DNA of 64,000 bases from the NCBI GenBank assembly GCA_014905635.1, contig JABVCE010000010.1:868001-932000 (forward strand), written 5' to 3'. The position numbers were made by a program, and so were the translations under genes. The notes beneath the pieces are model-generated. The model searched no databases, was not told where the DNA came from, and saw only the letters and a list, made by a program, of their open reading frames with translations. The stretch is from Scenedesmus sp. PABB004. Taxonomy: Eukaryota. Of the stretch, positions 1-12,191 are shown piece by piece (position 1 is the first letter of the stretch; every line of letters begins with the position of its first letter).

Positions 1-3000
1 CAGCATGCTCGTGCCCCGCCCGCCCACCTGGCCCGCGCCCTCGTGGAACTGGCCCGCCACCGCCTGCCAGTGCTGCTGCAGCTGCGCCAGCGCGCCGCCG
101 CCAGCGCTCGAGCGGCCGCCGGCGCGGGTCGGCGGCGGCGCGCCGCTGCTGCCGGCAGCCGCCGCCGCGGCCGCCGCCGCCGCTGCGGCCGCCGCGGCGC
201 TGGCGGGGTGGCGGCCGGCGAGGGCGCGCCGCCGCTGCTGGGTCGGCGAGGTCGCCGCGGAGCGGCTCTCCACGGGCCGCTGCTCCTCCTGCGCGGCGTG
301 CGCCTCGGCGGCGGCGGGGTGCGCGGGGCCGTCTGCCTCCTGCTCGTGCGGCCGCCGGCGCCGCCGGGCGGCGCCCTCGTCCCCGGTGCGGTGGTGGCTG
401 CCGGCGCCCTCGCTCAGGCTCTGGGCGGAGCCGGCGGCGCCCGCCTGCTCCGCCGCGGCCGCCTGGGCGCCGGCGGCGCCGCCGCGCCCGCCGAGCAGCC
501 GGTCCGCCTCGGGCGGCGGCACGCTGCCGACGCGGCCCATGCCGAGGGGCGGCGAGCCGCGCGAGCCGTCCTGCTGCCCCAGCTGGCTCATGCAGGGCGC
601 GTCCGCCTCGCCCTGCGCCGCGGCCGGGCTGGCGGCCCGCGGCTCGCTGCCCTGCGCGCCGCCGGCGGTCGCAGCGCCGGGCCGTTCGTCCGCGGCGCCG
701 GGCGGCTGCTGCGGCGGCGGCGCAGCGGCGTGCTGCTGGTCTGCCAGCGCCTGCGGCGGGCCCAGGCCGGGCGTGCCGTCCGCGTCGCCGACCCCGCTGC
801 CGCTGCCGGTGGCGGGCGCAGAGCCCTGGCCCTGCAGCGCGGGAGCGCCGCCAGGGCCGCTGCCGCCGGTGCCGGCCAGCGGCGTGAAGCTCACCGCTGG
901 CGGGCTGTAGTGCGCGCGCGAGTGCACCGCGGCGTGCGGTGCCTCGACGCTGGCCGAGCGCGGCGGGTGCATCGCGTGCGCCCAGCCGCCCCCGTACCCC
1001 GGCGGCGGGGACGCGACGTGCGCCGCGACGCCCGGCGCCGCCACGTGGCTGCTGCCGGCGCCGCCCGCGCCGGCGCCGCCACCGCTCTGGCCCATGCGGC
1101 TGGCCGTCGGGTGCTGCCGGCTGTGGTGGGCGCCGTAGCCCCGGCCGCCGTGGTGGCCGTGCGGCAGCGGGGGCAGGCGGCCCTCTGCCGTGCCGTGCCC
1201 CGCGACCGCGTGGCCGCCATGGCCGTGGGCTGCGGCCGCGGCCGCTGCGAGCTGCGCCTCCGCCGCCGTGCCCGCCGATGCGCCCAGCGCGCCATGCATT
1301 TCCGTCACCTGTGGCTGCTGCACCTGGCCCTGCTGCTGCTGTCGCTGCAGCTGCTGCTGGGGCTGCTGCTGCTGGGGCGGCGGCGGCTGCGGCTGCTGTG
1401 GTGGCTGCTGCTGCGCTGCTGCGGCGGCCGCTGCAGCCGCCATCTGCGCCGCCGCGGCGGTCGCAGGGACCTGGCAGTCGCTGAAGTGGCCGTGAATCTC
1501 AGTGACCTGCGGCACCGCGTCGCGCGCGGGCGCGGACTGCGCCAGGCCTGCGGGCAGCAGCGGCGGCGCGCGCGCGGGGCGTGAACGGCGTCGGGCGCGG
1601 CGCCGGCGGTTGGCGCGCAGCAGCCACGGGCAGGGCAGCGCGCGGCGCCGCGCTCACCATAGTGCCCCGTGTGTGCGTGCGAGCCAGTCGTCACGACAGA
1701 GGCGGGCGGCATCATGCTGGTGCCGACAAAACTGCCGCCGGCGCCGGCGCCGCGCCCGGCACCCGGCACCTGGCGCGTGTGCGCCCGCCGCGCCGCGTGC
1801 GCGGCCGCCGCCGTCGCCTGCCCGGCGGTCGGCGGCGGGTCGTGGTGCGGCTGCAGCTGCGACGTCACGCTCAGCGTGGCCCCAAGCGGCGCCTGCTCGG
1901 TCTGCTGGGCCGTCGCCGGCTGCGGCGCCATCAGCTGCTCCTGCTGCTGCTGCGCCTCCTGCCGCTCCTGCTGCTGGCCGCCCGCCGGCGCCGCCTGCAG
2001 GGAGCCGCCGTGCTGCTGCGCCTCCGCCTGCGCCTGGGCCGCCGCCTGCAGCGCCGCCCAGCCGGCGTGGTGATCGTCGGGTGCGTTGTCGCCGCCGGCG
2101 CTGCTCGAGCGCCGCGCACGCGGGCGCCTGCCGCCAGAGGCGTCCCCAGACAGGCCTCCGCCGCCCGCCATGTTGGAGCTGCTGAAGCCACCCGCGAGCG
2201 AGGGGCTGTGCAGGTGCTGCGCCGGGCCAGGCCCGCCGGGTGCGGCCGCGCTGGCGGCGTGCTGCGGCGCCGCCGCCACAGCTGGCGCCAGCGGCGGAGG
2301 GTTCAGCATCCCCTGCGGCTGCGGCTCCCCGCCGCCAGGGCCGGCGGCCGCGCCCGTGCTCGCGTGGCCGGCGAGCGCGCCAGGCGCCGAGGCCGTGGGC
2401 GGACTGCCCACTGCGGACGGGCCCTCTGCGCGACCGCGCGGCGCCGTGGCCGCATGGCCGCCGCCCGGCGCGGCGTGGTCGCCGGCGTGCGCCGCGTACG
2501 CGGCGCCCGTGCGGCCCGACTCTGCCGTCTCAAAGCCGCCCGGCGGCTCGCCGCGCGCCTCGCCGTCGCGCGAGTTGGCGGCGCCGCCCTGCACGTCGTC
2601 GTCGTCGTCCTCGTCGTCCAGCCCGGTGCCGCCGCGCCAGCCGCGCGCCGCCTCGGGCGCCGCCGCCTCGCCCTGGCTGCCAGCGCCGCTCTTGGGGCTG
2701 CCCGGCCGCACGCTCATGTCGACGGTGCCGCTGTTGGTGCTGACGGTCCCGCTGCGCGTGCCAGCGGCGCCCGCGGTGGCCATGGCGAGGCTGCTGTCGC
2801 GCGGCCGATGCGCCGCCGGCGCTGCGCGGGCGCCGCCGCTGGCCGCCGCGACCGCGCCTGGCGCCGCGCCGCCGACGTGCTGGTTGCTGCGCTGCCCGCT
2901 GTCGCACGGTGCAGCGGCATGCCCCTGCTGCGGCGCCGCGCACGCGGCGGCGGCGGCCGCGGCGCTGCCGCCACCGCCGCTCGGGCCGTCGTCGCCGGGG

Positions 3001-6000
3001 CCCGTGCCGTCCCTGCTGCCGCCCACGCCCGTGCCGCGGCTGAGCGGGCCCGTGGCGGTGGCGGCGGCGGGCATGGATGCCGAAGGCGCGGGCGACGCCG
3101 AGTGGCTGGCGCCGCAGGGCTGCGACACGATTTCGACGTCGCCCGGGTGGCCGCCGCCCGCCGCGGCGGCAGCGTCGGCGCCGGCGGCGCCGCCGGCGCT
3201 GGCGTGGTTGCGCTCGCCCGAGCTGGAGCAGCTGGGCTGGTCGCTGTCGCCGTCGCTGCCCAGCTCTGACGCACCGCCCTCCCAGACCATGGTCGCGTGC
3301 ACCGAGGCCGCAGGGTGCACCTGGTCGCCCGCCTGCTGCTCGGGCTCGTCCTCCTGCGGCAGCGCCGCGGGCAGGCCCTGCGGTGGCTGCTGCGGCTGCT
3401 GCGGCTGCTTCTGCGGCTGCTGTTTCTGCAGCTGCGGCTGCTCCTGACGCTGCTGCTGCGGGCCGTGCGACGGCTGCCCTGGCGGAGGCGCGCCAGCCGG
3501 CTCATCCGGCGCGCCGCTGCCCGGATCGGCTGCTGCACCGGCTGCCTCCTTCATCGCCGCCGTCACGCCGCCGCCAGCTGTCGCCGCCGCCGCCGCCGCC
3601 GCCGCGGCAGCCACGCACGCGCCACACGTGCCAGCGCCTGCGCCGCCGCAGCTGCCGCCCTCGGTGGCGTCTGGCATCGCCGGGTCGGCCTCCGCCTCGC
3701 CCTCGTCGCTGGCAAAGCCCCCGAACGCCCGGCTCGCGCCGCCGGCGGAGCTCACCGCCGCGCCGCCGTCCAGGGCGGCCGCCTGCCAGGGCAGGGCGCT
3801 GCCCGCCTGCGCGCCGGGGTGAATGACCGAGCCGTGGCCCTCGCCCGCCGTGGACGTGCGCGCCACCGCGTGAAACCCAGGCGCGGGCGACGGCGACGGC
3901 GAGCGCCAGTGTGCGCCCTGCCGAAGGCCCGGCGGCGCGCGGCCCGCGTGGTGCGCGCGCGGCGGCTGCGCGCTGCTCGGCCCGGGCGCGCTGCCGGCCG
4001 CGGCGGCAGCCGCCGCCGCCGCCGCTGCAGGCCCCTGCCCCAGGGCCAGCTGCTGCAGCCCAAGCTGAGCTGCTGCGGCCTGCTGCGGCACACCCCCGCC
4101 TGCGGCCGCGCCCGCCTGCGGGCCGGCTGCTGCCGCGCCCGGCCCGGGGCCAGCGGCGGCGCCTGCAGCGCCGGCCGCCGCCGCCGCTGCCGCCGCCGCG
4201 ACGGCCGGGCTGCTGCGCCGCCGCGGGTGTGCTGCAGCGATGCTCGAGTCGCACGACTTGGTCTGCTGCGCCGCCGGTGGCGGCAGCATGCCGCCGCCGC
4301 CACCGCCGCCACTCTGCGACGCCACGCTCGCCAGCAGCAGACCCAGCGCGTGCTGCAGCTGCTGGGCGTACGGCGTGGCCGCGCCGCCACCCGCCTGCTG
4401 CGCGCCGCCCGCGCTTGCGCCCGGCTGCTGCAGCGCGGCAAGCAGCGCGGGGGTCATCTGCGCCTGCAGCAGCTGCAGAAGCTCCGCCGGCGCGCCCAGC
4501 GCCGCCGCCGCCGGCTGGGCGTTGGACAGCCGCGAGGGCGCCCGCGGCTTGCTGCTGCTGCTGCTGGCGCCAGCGGCGGGGCCGCCGCCGCCCGGCGCGG
4601 CCGGCCCATCCAGGGCTGCAGCCGCTAGGGCCGCAGCCATCGCCGCCGCCGCGGCTGCCGCATCAACGGGCGCCCCGCCCGCCGCGGCCGGCGCCGCCGC
4701 GCCGCCGCCGCCGCCGAGCGCCGGCTGCAGCAAGCTCTGCAGCAGCTGCTCCGGCTGGTGCAGCGCGCCGACAGACAGCCCCGTCAGCGCGTTGTGGAAC
4801 AGCTGCAGGTGCGGCGGCAGCGCGCCGCCGGGCTGCTGCGGCGGCGCGCCGCCCCCGCCCTGCGGCGCGCCGGCCGGCTGCGCCGCGCCCCGCGCGGCGG
4901 CCGAGCTGCTGCCAGCAGCCGCAGCGGCCCCCGGCGCCGCCAGCAGCGCCGCGACGTCGGCGGCCGTGAGCGCGCCCGCGCCCGGCAGCTGCGCGCCGGC
5001 CGCGGCGGCGGCTGCCGCCGCCGCGGCCGCCGCCGCGCCGGGTCCGCTGCTGCCGTGCGCGCCCGCGCCGGGTCCGCTGCTGCCGTGCGCGCCCGCGCCC
5101 CGGCCCGGCGGCCCGCCCGCGCGCCCGCCGCCGTTGTCGGAGCTGCGGTGGTGCAGCGCGAGGCCGTCGAACGAGTCGCGGCGCTCCTGCTTCACCGGCG
5201 CGCCGCCGGTGTGCGGCGCGCCGAGCGGCCCCGCGCCGCCGCCGTGCAGCAGCCCGCCGGCGCCGCCGCCGGCGGCGGCAAAGTCATGGAGGCCGGGGAA
5301 GGCCGGCGGCATGTGCTGCCACGCCGGCGGCAGCGCCGGCTGCTGCTCGGCGGCGCCCGCGTGGCGCGCGGGGCTGTGCTGCCGCGGCGCGCGGCCGGGC
5401 AGCAGGAAGCCCGACGCGGGCGTGCCGGCGCGGCCGCCATGCGGCTTGGCGCCGCCGCCGCCCACGCCGCTGTGCGACACCACGCTGTTGGCGCGGTTGA
5501 GCTCCAGCTGCGGCTGCGCCGCCTGCGCGTACGCGTGCGCGTGCCCCGCGTGGTGCCCCGCGTGCGGCGACGCCGGCTGCACCGCCGTCGAGATGAGGCT
5601 GTTGCTCGGCTTCGGCAGCCGCCCGCCGCGCGACGCGCGCTCGCGCCCGGGGGCCGCGGGGTTGAGCTCCGCCGAGTGCGAGCACTCGACTGCGGCGCGG
5701 CGCGGCGGCGGCGGCGCGTGGGCGCGCGCGTGGGGCCGCGCGCCCCGGCGCGGGCCCGGGTGCTGGCACGCACGGGAGGCGGCCGGCCGGCACAAGCACG
5801 CCCCGCGTGCCGGCCCGCCCGGCCGCCGCCGGCGCGCAGCGGCAGCGGCGCTGCCGCCGCCCGCCCGCCCCGCCCCGCCGGCGCGCCGCCGGCTGCGCCC
5901 CGCCAGCGCCCGGGCGCGTGCTGCGGCCGCCCACCGTCGGCCTCGGCCGCGGACAGCGCGCTCTCCTCCTCCAGCGAGCGACTCGGCAGCGCCGCGGAGC

Positions 6001-6269
6001 CGGCAGCGCGCGCGCCCTCGAACGAAACGGCCGTGGAGATCTGGCTCCGGGCGCCCCGCTGCGGGCGGCGGGCGGCGGGGTCGGCGGCGACGCCGCGGCG
6101 CCGGGGCGGGCCCGGGAGGTGCGCCCGCATCCCCTCGCACCGGGCTGACTTGGCCGCCGAAGCTGTGCGGGCCGTTGCCCTCGCTGGAGTGGCTCGCCGC
6201 GCCCTCACCGCTGCCCTCGGCGCCCGACAGCGCCGTGTGCGCGGCGCTGGGCGCCTGCTGCTGCTCCAT
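1..6269 (-). CDS. Very long, spliced, low-complexity (Ala/Gly/Pro/Gln-rich) protein of unknown function; 3' end runs off the window start
   Basis: ATG at 6269 (MEQQQAPSAAH), GT donor near 6139 and a >4 kb open exon with poly-Q/poly-A tracts. Further exons reach a donor near position 27. No recognisable domain; upstream exons at 6.4-7.2 kb are possible. Confidence 0.6.
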
Positions 6270-7344
6270 GTGTCGCGCCGGCCCTCCCGGCCCAGCGACT
6301 CGCCCTAGGCCGCCGCGCCGCCGTGCCCCGGCATAGTGGCCGCTAGCCGCGCGCCCACGGGGCGACGCGGGCCGCGCTGCGATCAGGCGCGCGCTCGAGA
6401 GCGCGGGCGGGTGCAGGTGCGGTGGCGGCAGGCGCCGCGCGTGGCGTGGCGCGGCGCGTGCGGCCCGACCGTGGCGGGCGCGGCGACACTGTGGCGGCGG
6501 CGTGGCGCGTGCGCGGCGAGCAGCAGCAGGGAGTCGCGAGCGCGAGAGAGAGCCCGAGCGTCGGGACGCGCACCGCCCCGCGCGCGCGCCGACGCACGCT
6601 GCTGTCGTGCTGCTGGCGTCGTGCCTGGAACGGCTGCGCGCGCCACGCGCGGCGCCGCCGGCTGCGCGCTGGCGGCCGCCGTAGTGCCCGCCGCGCGCCG
6701 AGCGCCAGGCGCGCCCCTGTGAGTCTCAGCAGCAATGCCAGCGGCGGATCCAGGAGCAGCATCAGCAGCAGCAGCAGCAGCAGCGGCAGCAGCGGCAGCA
6801 GCGGCAGGCAGCAGCGGCAGCAGTGGCGGCGGTGGTGCAGCGCGCGCGCTGCGCCGGCTGCGGCCGCGGACCTCGTGCGTGCAGAGCCGGGAGCTGGCAC
6901 CTGCGGTGGGCACACCAGACCCGGGCAGGGCCCGGCCGGGCCGGGACAGCGACGCGGCGAAGGCGTGCGCGCTGCCGCCGCCGCGGTCGCCGCCGCCGCC
7001 GCCGCCGCGGTCGCAGCCGCCGCCCTGCTGAGTGGGCGTGCCCAAGGTCCACGGCCGCTGCCAGTGGGCCGTCGGGGTTCGGCTGACCCGCGGCCGCCGA
7101 GCTGCCAGAGTGATGAGCCTCCGCTCCTTGGTCCCGCGCCGCGCCCCCGGCCGCCCTCTTCCACCAGCATCTCGGCAGAGCTCACCGCTCTCGGTGCGTG
7201 TGCGCCCCCCGCCCCCGCCTGCGCGGCGCCGCCCCGGGCTCCCCGGCGACGCCGGGGTCGCGCGCTCACGCGGCGCGCCCCCCGCCCCGCAGACCGCCTC
7301 GAGGACTCTCAGACAAGGGAGGCGTTAACCCGCCGAGGACCAAA

Positions 7345-8203
7345 ATGTCTGACGCAGGGTGCGCGACGAGGGGGGGCCGGGCAATCTGCGCGCCCGCCGG
7401 CGGCCGCCTGCGCCGCGCGCAGGCCGATCCGCGCCCGGCAGGCGGCCCTGGCGACCCGCGGAGCCGCACGCGCCAGCAGCAGGCGGCGGCACGGGCAGCA
7501 GCAGCTGAGACGGCGCGCCGGCGGACGCAGCAGCGCCGGTGGCAGCAGCGGCAGCGCCGGCGGCGGCGGGCGGGCGCCGACGCCGCTGGCTCCCCCCTCC
7601 GCCCGCCCTTTCCCTTGCGGCCGCAGAGAGGAGACCCCCGTGGTGGAGGTGGCGGCCCCCGCCCCCGGCGAGCCCATGGACATCAACACCGCCGTGCAGC
7701 TGGTGCTCAAGAAGTCGCTCGCGCACGACGGCCTCGCCCGCGGCCTCCACGAGGCCGCGCGCGCCATCGAGCGCGTGAGCCCCCCCTGCGCGCGCGCGCC
7801 GCCGCGCCGCAGCAGCAGCGCCAGCGCCACCACCACCACCACCACCACCAGCGGCGGCGGCGACGGCGGCGCGCGGGCGCGCTCGCGGCGCGCGCGGCTC
7901 ACGCTGCGACGCGCCCGCTCACGCCGCCTGCGCGCGCAGGGCGAGGGCCAGCTGTGCATCCTGGCCGAGGACTGCAACCAGCCCGACTACAAGAAGCTGA
8001 TCGAGGCGCTGTGCGCGGAGCACAACGTCAACCTCATCAGCGTCCCCGAGAACAAGCAGCTCGGCGAGTGGGCGGGCCTCTGCAAGCTCGACAGCGAGGG
8101 CACCGCGCGCAAGGTCGTGGGCTGCAGCTGCGCCGTCGTCACCGACTACGGCGAGGAGACGGAGGGCCTCGCGATCCTGCAGGACTACCTGAAGGGCCGC
8201 TGA
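7345..8203 (+). CDS. RPS12: 40S ribosomal protein S12 (eS12), 3 exons: 7345-7358, 7627-7774, 7940-8203
   Basis: Spliced product [97 protein letters not shown] junctions are in phase. Confidence 0.97.
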
Positions 8204-8523
8204 GCGAGGACCCCGCGTCACCGCCGCGGGGGGCGCGGCGCGCGCGCGCGCGCGGGCGCCCGCCAGGGCCAGCTCTGGCGCGCGGCGGCGCGCGGCGCCC
8301 GCGGCCCGCGGCACGCGGCAGCCCGCGCCCGCGCCCGCGCGCGTGCCGCGCGGCGCGCCGCCCACGCGGGCGCGCGCGCCGCCGAGGCCACGCGGGCGCG
8401 GCGCGCGCTGGCAGGCGGGGCGATGCCCGCGGGCCAGCAGGGGCTCCGGCGAGGGGCCCGCCGGCGAGGGCGCGCGAGCGCTCGCGCGCGCGTGCTGCTG
8501 CGCGTGCGCGCGCGCGCTTCGCG

Positions 8524-8528
8524 TGTAA
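8524..8528 (+). promoter_or_regulatory. TGTAA polyadenylation signal of RPS12
   Basis: Chlorophyte UGUAA signal about 320 nt after the stop, in otherwise A/T-poor sequence. Confidence 0.65.
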
Positions 8529-8901
8529 CCGCCGGCGGCGATCACGCCCGACCCGGTCGCGCGCGCGCATGTACGCTGTGCCGCCCGCCGCGAGACCGCT
8601 CTCGCTGCCTGCTTGGCCGACCGAGGGCTGCTGACGCGTGAGCTGTGCTGTGGGCGAGAGAAGCCCGACGCGCACAACGCCATGTCGCGACGCGGCCGAA
8701 CCCTGCGCCGCCGCGACGGCGCCGCCTCCTTGTCCCGCTTCCTCGCAGCCGCGCCCACCCGCCATTCGCCCGCGATCGCCACGCCTCGAGCGCCCTCGCG
8801 TCCCTCGAACACCTGCCCGCGCGCCGCCGCGCCGCGAGAGCAGCGGCGCTGCGCTGCGCCGCGCCGCGACAGCAGCAGCGCACATCTGTGCCGCGCCGGC
8901 C

Positions 8902-10155
8902 ATGGACGGCGCCGAGGCCTGGCCCTGGGGCGCGTCGGAGCTGCTGAGCAGCGGCGTGCTGCCTCTGGTGCTGGCGGCGCGGCCGGAGGACAGCGTGCAG
9001 CTGGCGTGCGCGCTGCTCCGCACGAGCAAGGCCGCGGCCGCCGCGCTCCGCCTGTGCGCTGGCGGCGCGCTCTCGGTGCGACCGCCCAGGCTGCGCGTTC
9101 CGCACCAGGGATGGATTCTGCGCAACGCGGGGCTGATGGCGTCGCTGACCGTCGGCCAGCGCTCTATCGGCGCCGCAGCGGTGCCAGCATCTGTGCTGGC
9201 ACACCTGCCCCCCTCCCTCACGTCGCTGGAGGCGGGCGTCTTTTTTGACACCGGGCCGGGGCCGGCCACCGCACCGCTGGCAGCCCTGTCCAGACTCACG
9301 GCGCTGCGGCGCCTCGTGCTGGCGCTGCACTCGCCGCCGAGCCGGGCGGGCGACCGCGCCCGCCCCGCGCTGGAGCTGCAGGGCCTCGCGGGGCTGACGC
9401 GGCTGGAGGTCACCTGGGCGAGTGTTGGCTTGTACGGAGGCGGGGACCCCTCCCTGGCGGCGGAGCTGGCGCGCAGCCCGCTGGCGTTGTTCAGCGTGCC
9501 CGGCGACGCCCTGCCGCCCAGCATCGTCCAGCTGCGTGTTCCTGCCCTGGCGTCGCTGACGCCGCTGCAGGGCCTCAGCGCCCTCCGCTGGCTGACCGTC
9601 GACAGCGCGACCGCGCCGGCGGCAGAGCTGGCAGCGCTGTCGGGCCTGCGCAAGCTGTCGCTGACGTACCGCGCGCGGGGGGCCGCCGACGCGGCGGCGG
9701 GCGCGTGGCCCGCGGTGCGGCTGACGCGGCTCTGCGTGCTGCGCGGAGGCGGCCTGTCTCTTGCGAGCGTGGACCGCCTGCGCGGCCGCGCGGCGACGAG
9801 CCTGCGCGAGCTGGAGCTGTGCTTTGAGCTGGAGCAGGCGGCGGCGGCGCTTGCGGAGCGGCTGCGCAAGATGCGGGGGCTGAAGCGCCTGGTGCTGGTT
9901 GACGAAGAGATTGCACCAGGCGTTCCGGCGCGCCTCGAGCACTGCGACGGCGTGCGGGCGCTGGTCGGCGCCGTGCACAAGCTGCAGATGCGCGGTCAGG
10001 GCGGCGGCGCGCTGCCGTCCTGGGGCACCGCGTGCCGCCTGGCGCTCAAGCCGCCCTACATGCACGAGTTCCTGCCCGGAATGTGCGAGTGTGCGGAGTG
10101 CATGTACGACGACAGCGAGTTTTACGACAGCGAGGGCGAGATGTACGCCTTTTGA
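8902..10155 (+). CDS. Intronless leucine-rich-repeat protein (F-box/RNI-like) with an acidic, Cys-containing tail
   Basis: Repeated LxxLxxLxxLxL units (LSRLTALRRLVL, LQGLSALRWLTV, LSGLRKLSL); continuous ORF from ATG 8902. Confidence 0.7.
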   Translation: MDGAEAWPWGASELLSSGVLPLVLAARPEDSVQLACALLRTSKAAAAALRLCAGGALSVRPPRLRVPHQGWILRNAGLMASLTVGQRSIGAAAVPASVLAHLPPSLTSLEAGVFFDTGPGPATAPLAALSRLTALRRLVLALHSPPSRAGDRARPALELQGLAGLTRLEVTWASVGLYGGGDPSLAAELARSPLALFSVPGDALPPSIVQLRVPALASLTPLQGLSALRWLTVDSATAPAAELAALSGLRKLSLTYRARGAADAAAGAWPAVRLTRLCVLRGGGLSLASVDRLRGRAATSLRELELCFELEQAAAALAERLRKMRGLKRLVLVDEEIAPGVPARLEHCDGVRALVGAVHKLQMRGQGGGALPSWGTACRLALKPPYMHEFLPGMCECAECMYDDSEFYDSEGEMYAF

Positions 10156-10217
10156 TGCCGCGGCCGCGAGTGCCGCCGCCTCGGCGACGGCCTTGGCGGC
10201 GCGGCGGCGATGGTGCA

Positions 10218-10249
<32 letters not shown>

Positions 10250-10389
10250 GGCTGGCAGAGTTGCAGCACCCAGTTGGCAAAAGCTGGCAGAGGTTGCAGG
10301 GGCGCGCCCGTCGAGCCCGCACCCGCTCGCGCCGCGCCCGCCCACGCGCGCCGCCGCCGCGCTCGGCCCGCCGCGCTCCGCGCTCCGCC

Positions 10390-11737
10390 TCACGCGGCGC
10401 CGCGCTCGATGGCGAGCACCTCGAGCTCAAACAGCAGCGTCTTGCCGGCCATCATGTTGTTGGCGTCCAGCTTCACCGCCTCGGGCGTCGCCTCGACCAC
10501 GACCGCCATGCTGCCGTTGGCGAGCTCGACCGCGAGGCCCTCAGCCAGGCCGCCGTGGCTGCGCGGCGCGGCGCGCGGGCGGCGCGGCGCGCCGGGGCGG
10601 GAGAGCAGGTCGGGGCGCGGGGCGGCGGCGTGCTCCGCGGACGCACGGCGCGGCGCCGCCGCCGGGCCGTGCGCTGCGCGCCGGACGCGCCGGCGCGCCG
10701 GGCGCGGCGCGCGCTCACTTTTTGTAGCGCCCCTCCAGGCGCTCCACCTCTGGGTGGTCGCGCGGCACCACAAACAGCAGCTCCTTCTTCCACTCGCCGC
10801 CAGAAATCTGGCGCGCGCGAGCGCCGGTGCGTGGGCGCACGAGCCGCGCAGCAGCTGGCAGCGCCCCGGGCGCGGCGCCGCGCCCACGGCCGCGCAGCAG
10901 CTGGCAGCGCGCGCGACCCGCCCGCCCCGCGCACCTCCAGCTCTATCGACTCGCCCACGCCCAGGCCGCGCAGCGCGCCGTCAAAGGCCTGGCGCGGCGC
11001 GCGGGCGGCGGGCACGTCGCGGCGGCGGGCGGGCGGGCGGGCGGGAGGGCGGCGCGCGCCCCGGCCGGCCGACCCGCACCGCGGGAGCGCCGCCGGCGCC
11101 GCCCGCCGCGCCGGCCGCCCGGCCGCACCTGGAACAGCGGGTTGGCGACGATGTCCCCCGCGCCAACCTCGAAGCACATCGGCTCGTTGTCCTTGGTCGT
11201 GTCCTTGGTCGACTCGAGCACCTGGCCGGCGCGGCGCGGCGCGCGTCGCGCCGCGGCCGCCGAGCGCGCCCGGTGCCGGCCGCGCCGGTGCGGTCGTGGG
11301 CCGCGGCTGTGGCAGCGGCGCACCTTGCCGTCTGGGTCGGTGCAGGTCATGTGGAACGTCACGATGTCCCCCTCGACCACCACCAGCGGCGGCGGCGCCG
11401 CGCCCGGCGCCGGCGCCGGCGCCGGCGGCGTCGCGCCCGGCTCTGCGGCGGGCGCGGCGCGGTCGTGTGCAGCCCCGCCGCCGGCGGCGCGGGCAGCGGC
11501 GCGGCGAGCCGTGCGCCCACCTGCTCCGGCACCGCAGCACACCGGCCGGCGAGCCGCCGCGCGGCGCCGCGCGGCAGCAGCAGCGGCCGCCGCCGGCGCC
11601 GCCGCGGGTGCCGGCACGTGCGGGCCTACGCGCGCGCCGGGAGCCAGCAGCAGCGCGCGTGGGCAGCACGAGACGCCGGGCAGGGCGGCGCGGTGCCCGG
11701 TCAGGGCGTGGGGAGCACGCATGCGGGTGCTGGCCAT
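10390..11737 (-). CDS. FKBP-type peptidyl-prolyl isomerase, SlyD/SlpA-like, probably plastid-targeted (5 exons)
   Basis: GDIVTFHMTCTDPDGK/VLEST..PMCFEVGAG..AFDGALRGLGVGE..VKLDANNMMAGKTLLFELEVLAI; Arg/Ala-rich N-terminal extension. Confidence 0.85.
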
Positions 11738-12191
11738 CCCTGCGCAGCGAAGAGCAGCTGCGACGCCTGCCGCGGGCCCCCAAACAACAGCGAGATCGTA
11801 TATCAGCGCAACGCGCCGGCGCGCTGGCCAATCTGTCCGTCGGCGCGCACGCAGCGGCGGCGCAGCGCGTGCGGCGGCGGGCGGCGGCTTGCTTGAAAGC
11901 GAGCTCGCTTGGGGGCGGTGACTGGCGGGGCAGGCGCAAGTGCCGCCGGCGAGTTGCACAGCGAGCGGCCGCGCGACCGGTCGCGCGTCCGGTCGCGCGC
12001 CGCCGCCGAGCGCACGACGCCCCGCGCACGAACCGTCGGCGGGGCAGCACGCGCCGCCGATCATTCGACCCGTCCATCTATCGTACAAAAAGAATGGTAG
12101 TACAGGCGCGGGTCTCGTCAAAAGCGCCGCCCATGCGTCCGACCCCCCGACACGCGCGCGGCGCGGCGCGCTCGACCCGCCGCCGCGCAGC

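Noticed and set aside
6340..7270. Separate gene between the large protein and RPS12
   Set aside because: Only low-complexity frames and a CTG/CAG tract; cannot be distinguished from 5'UTR or upstream exons.
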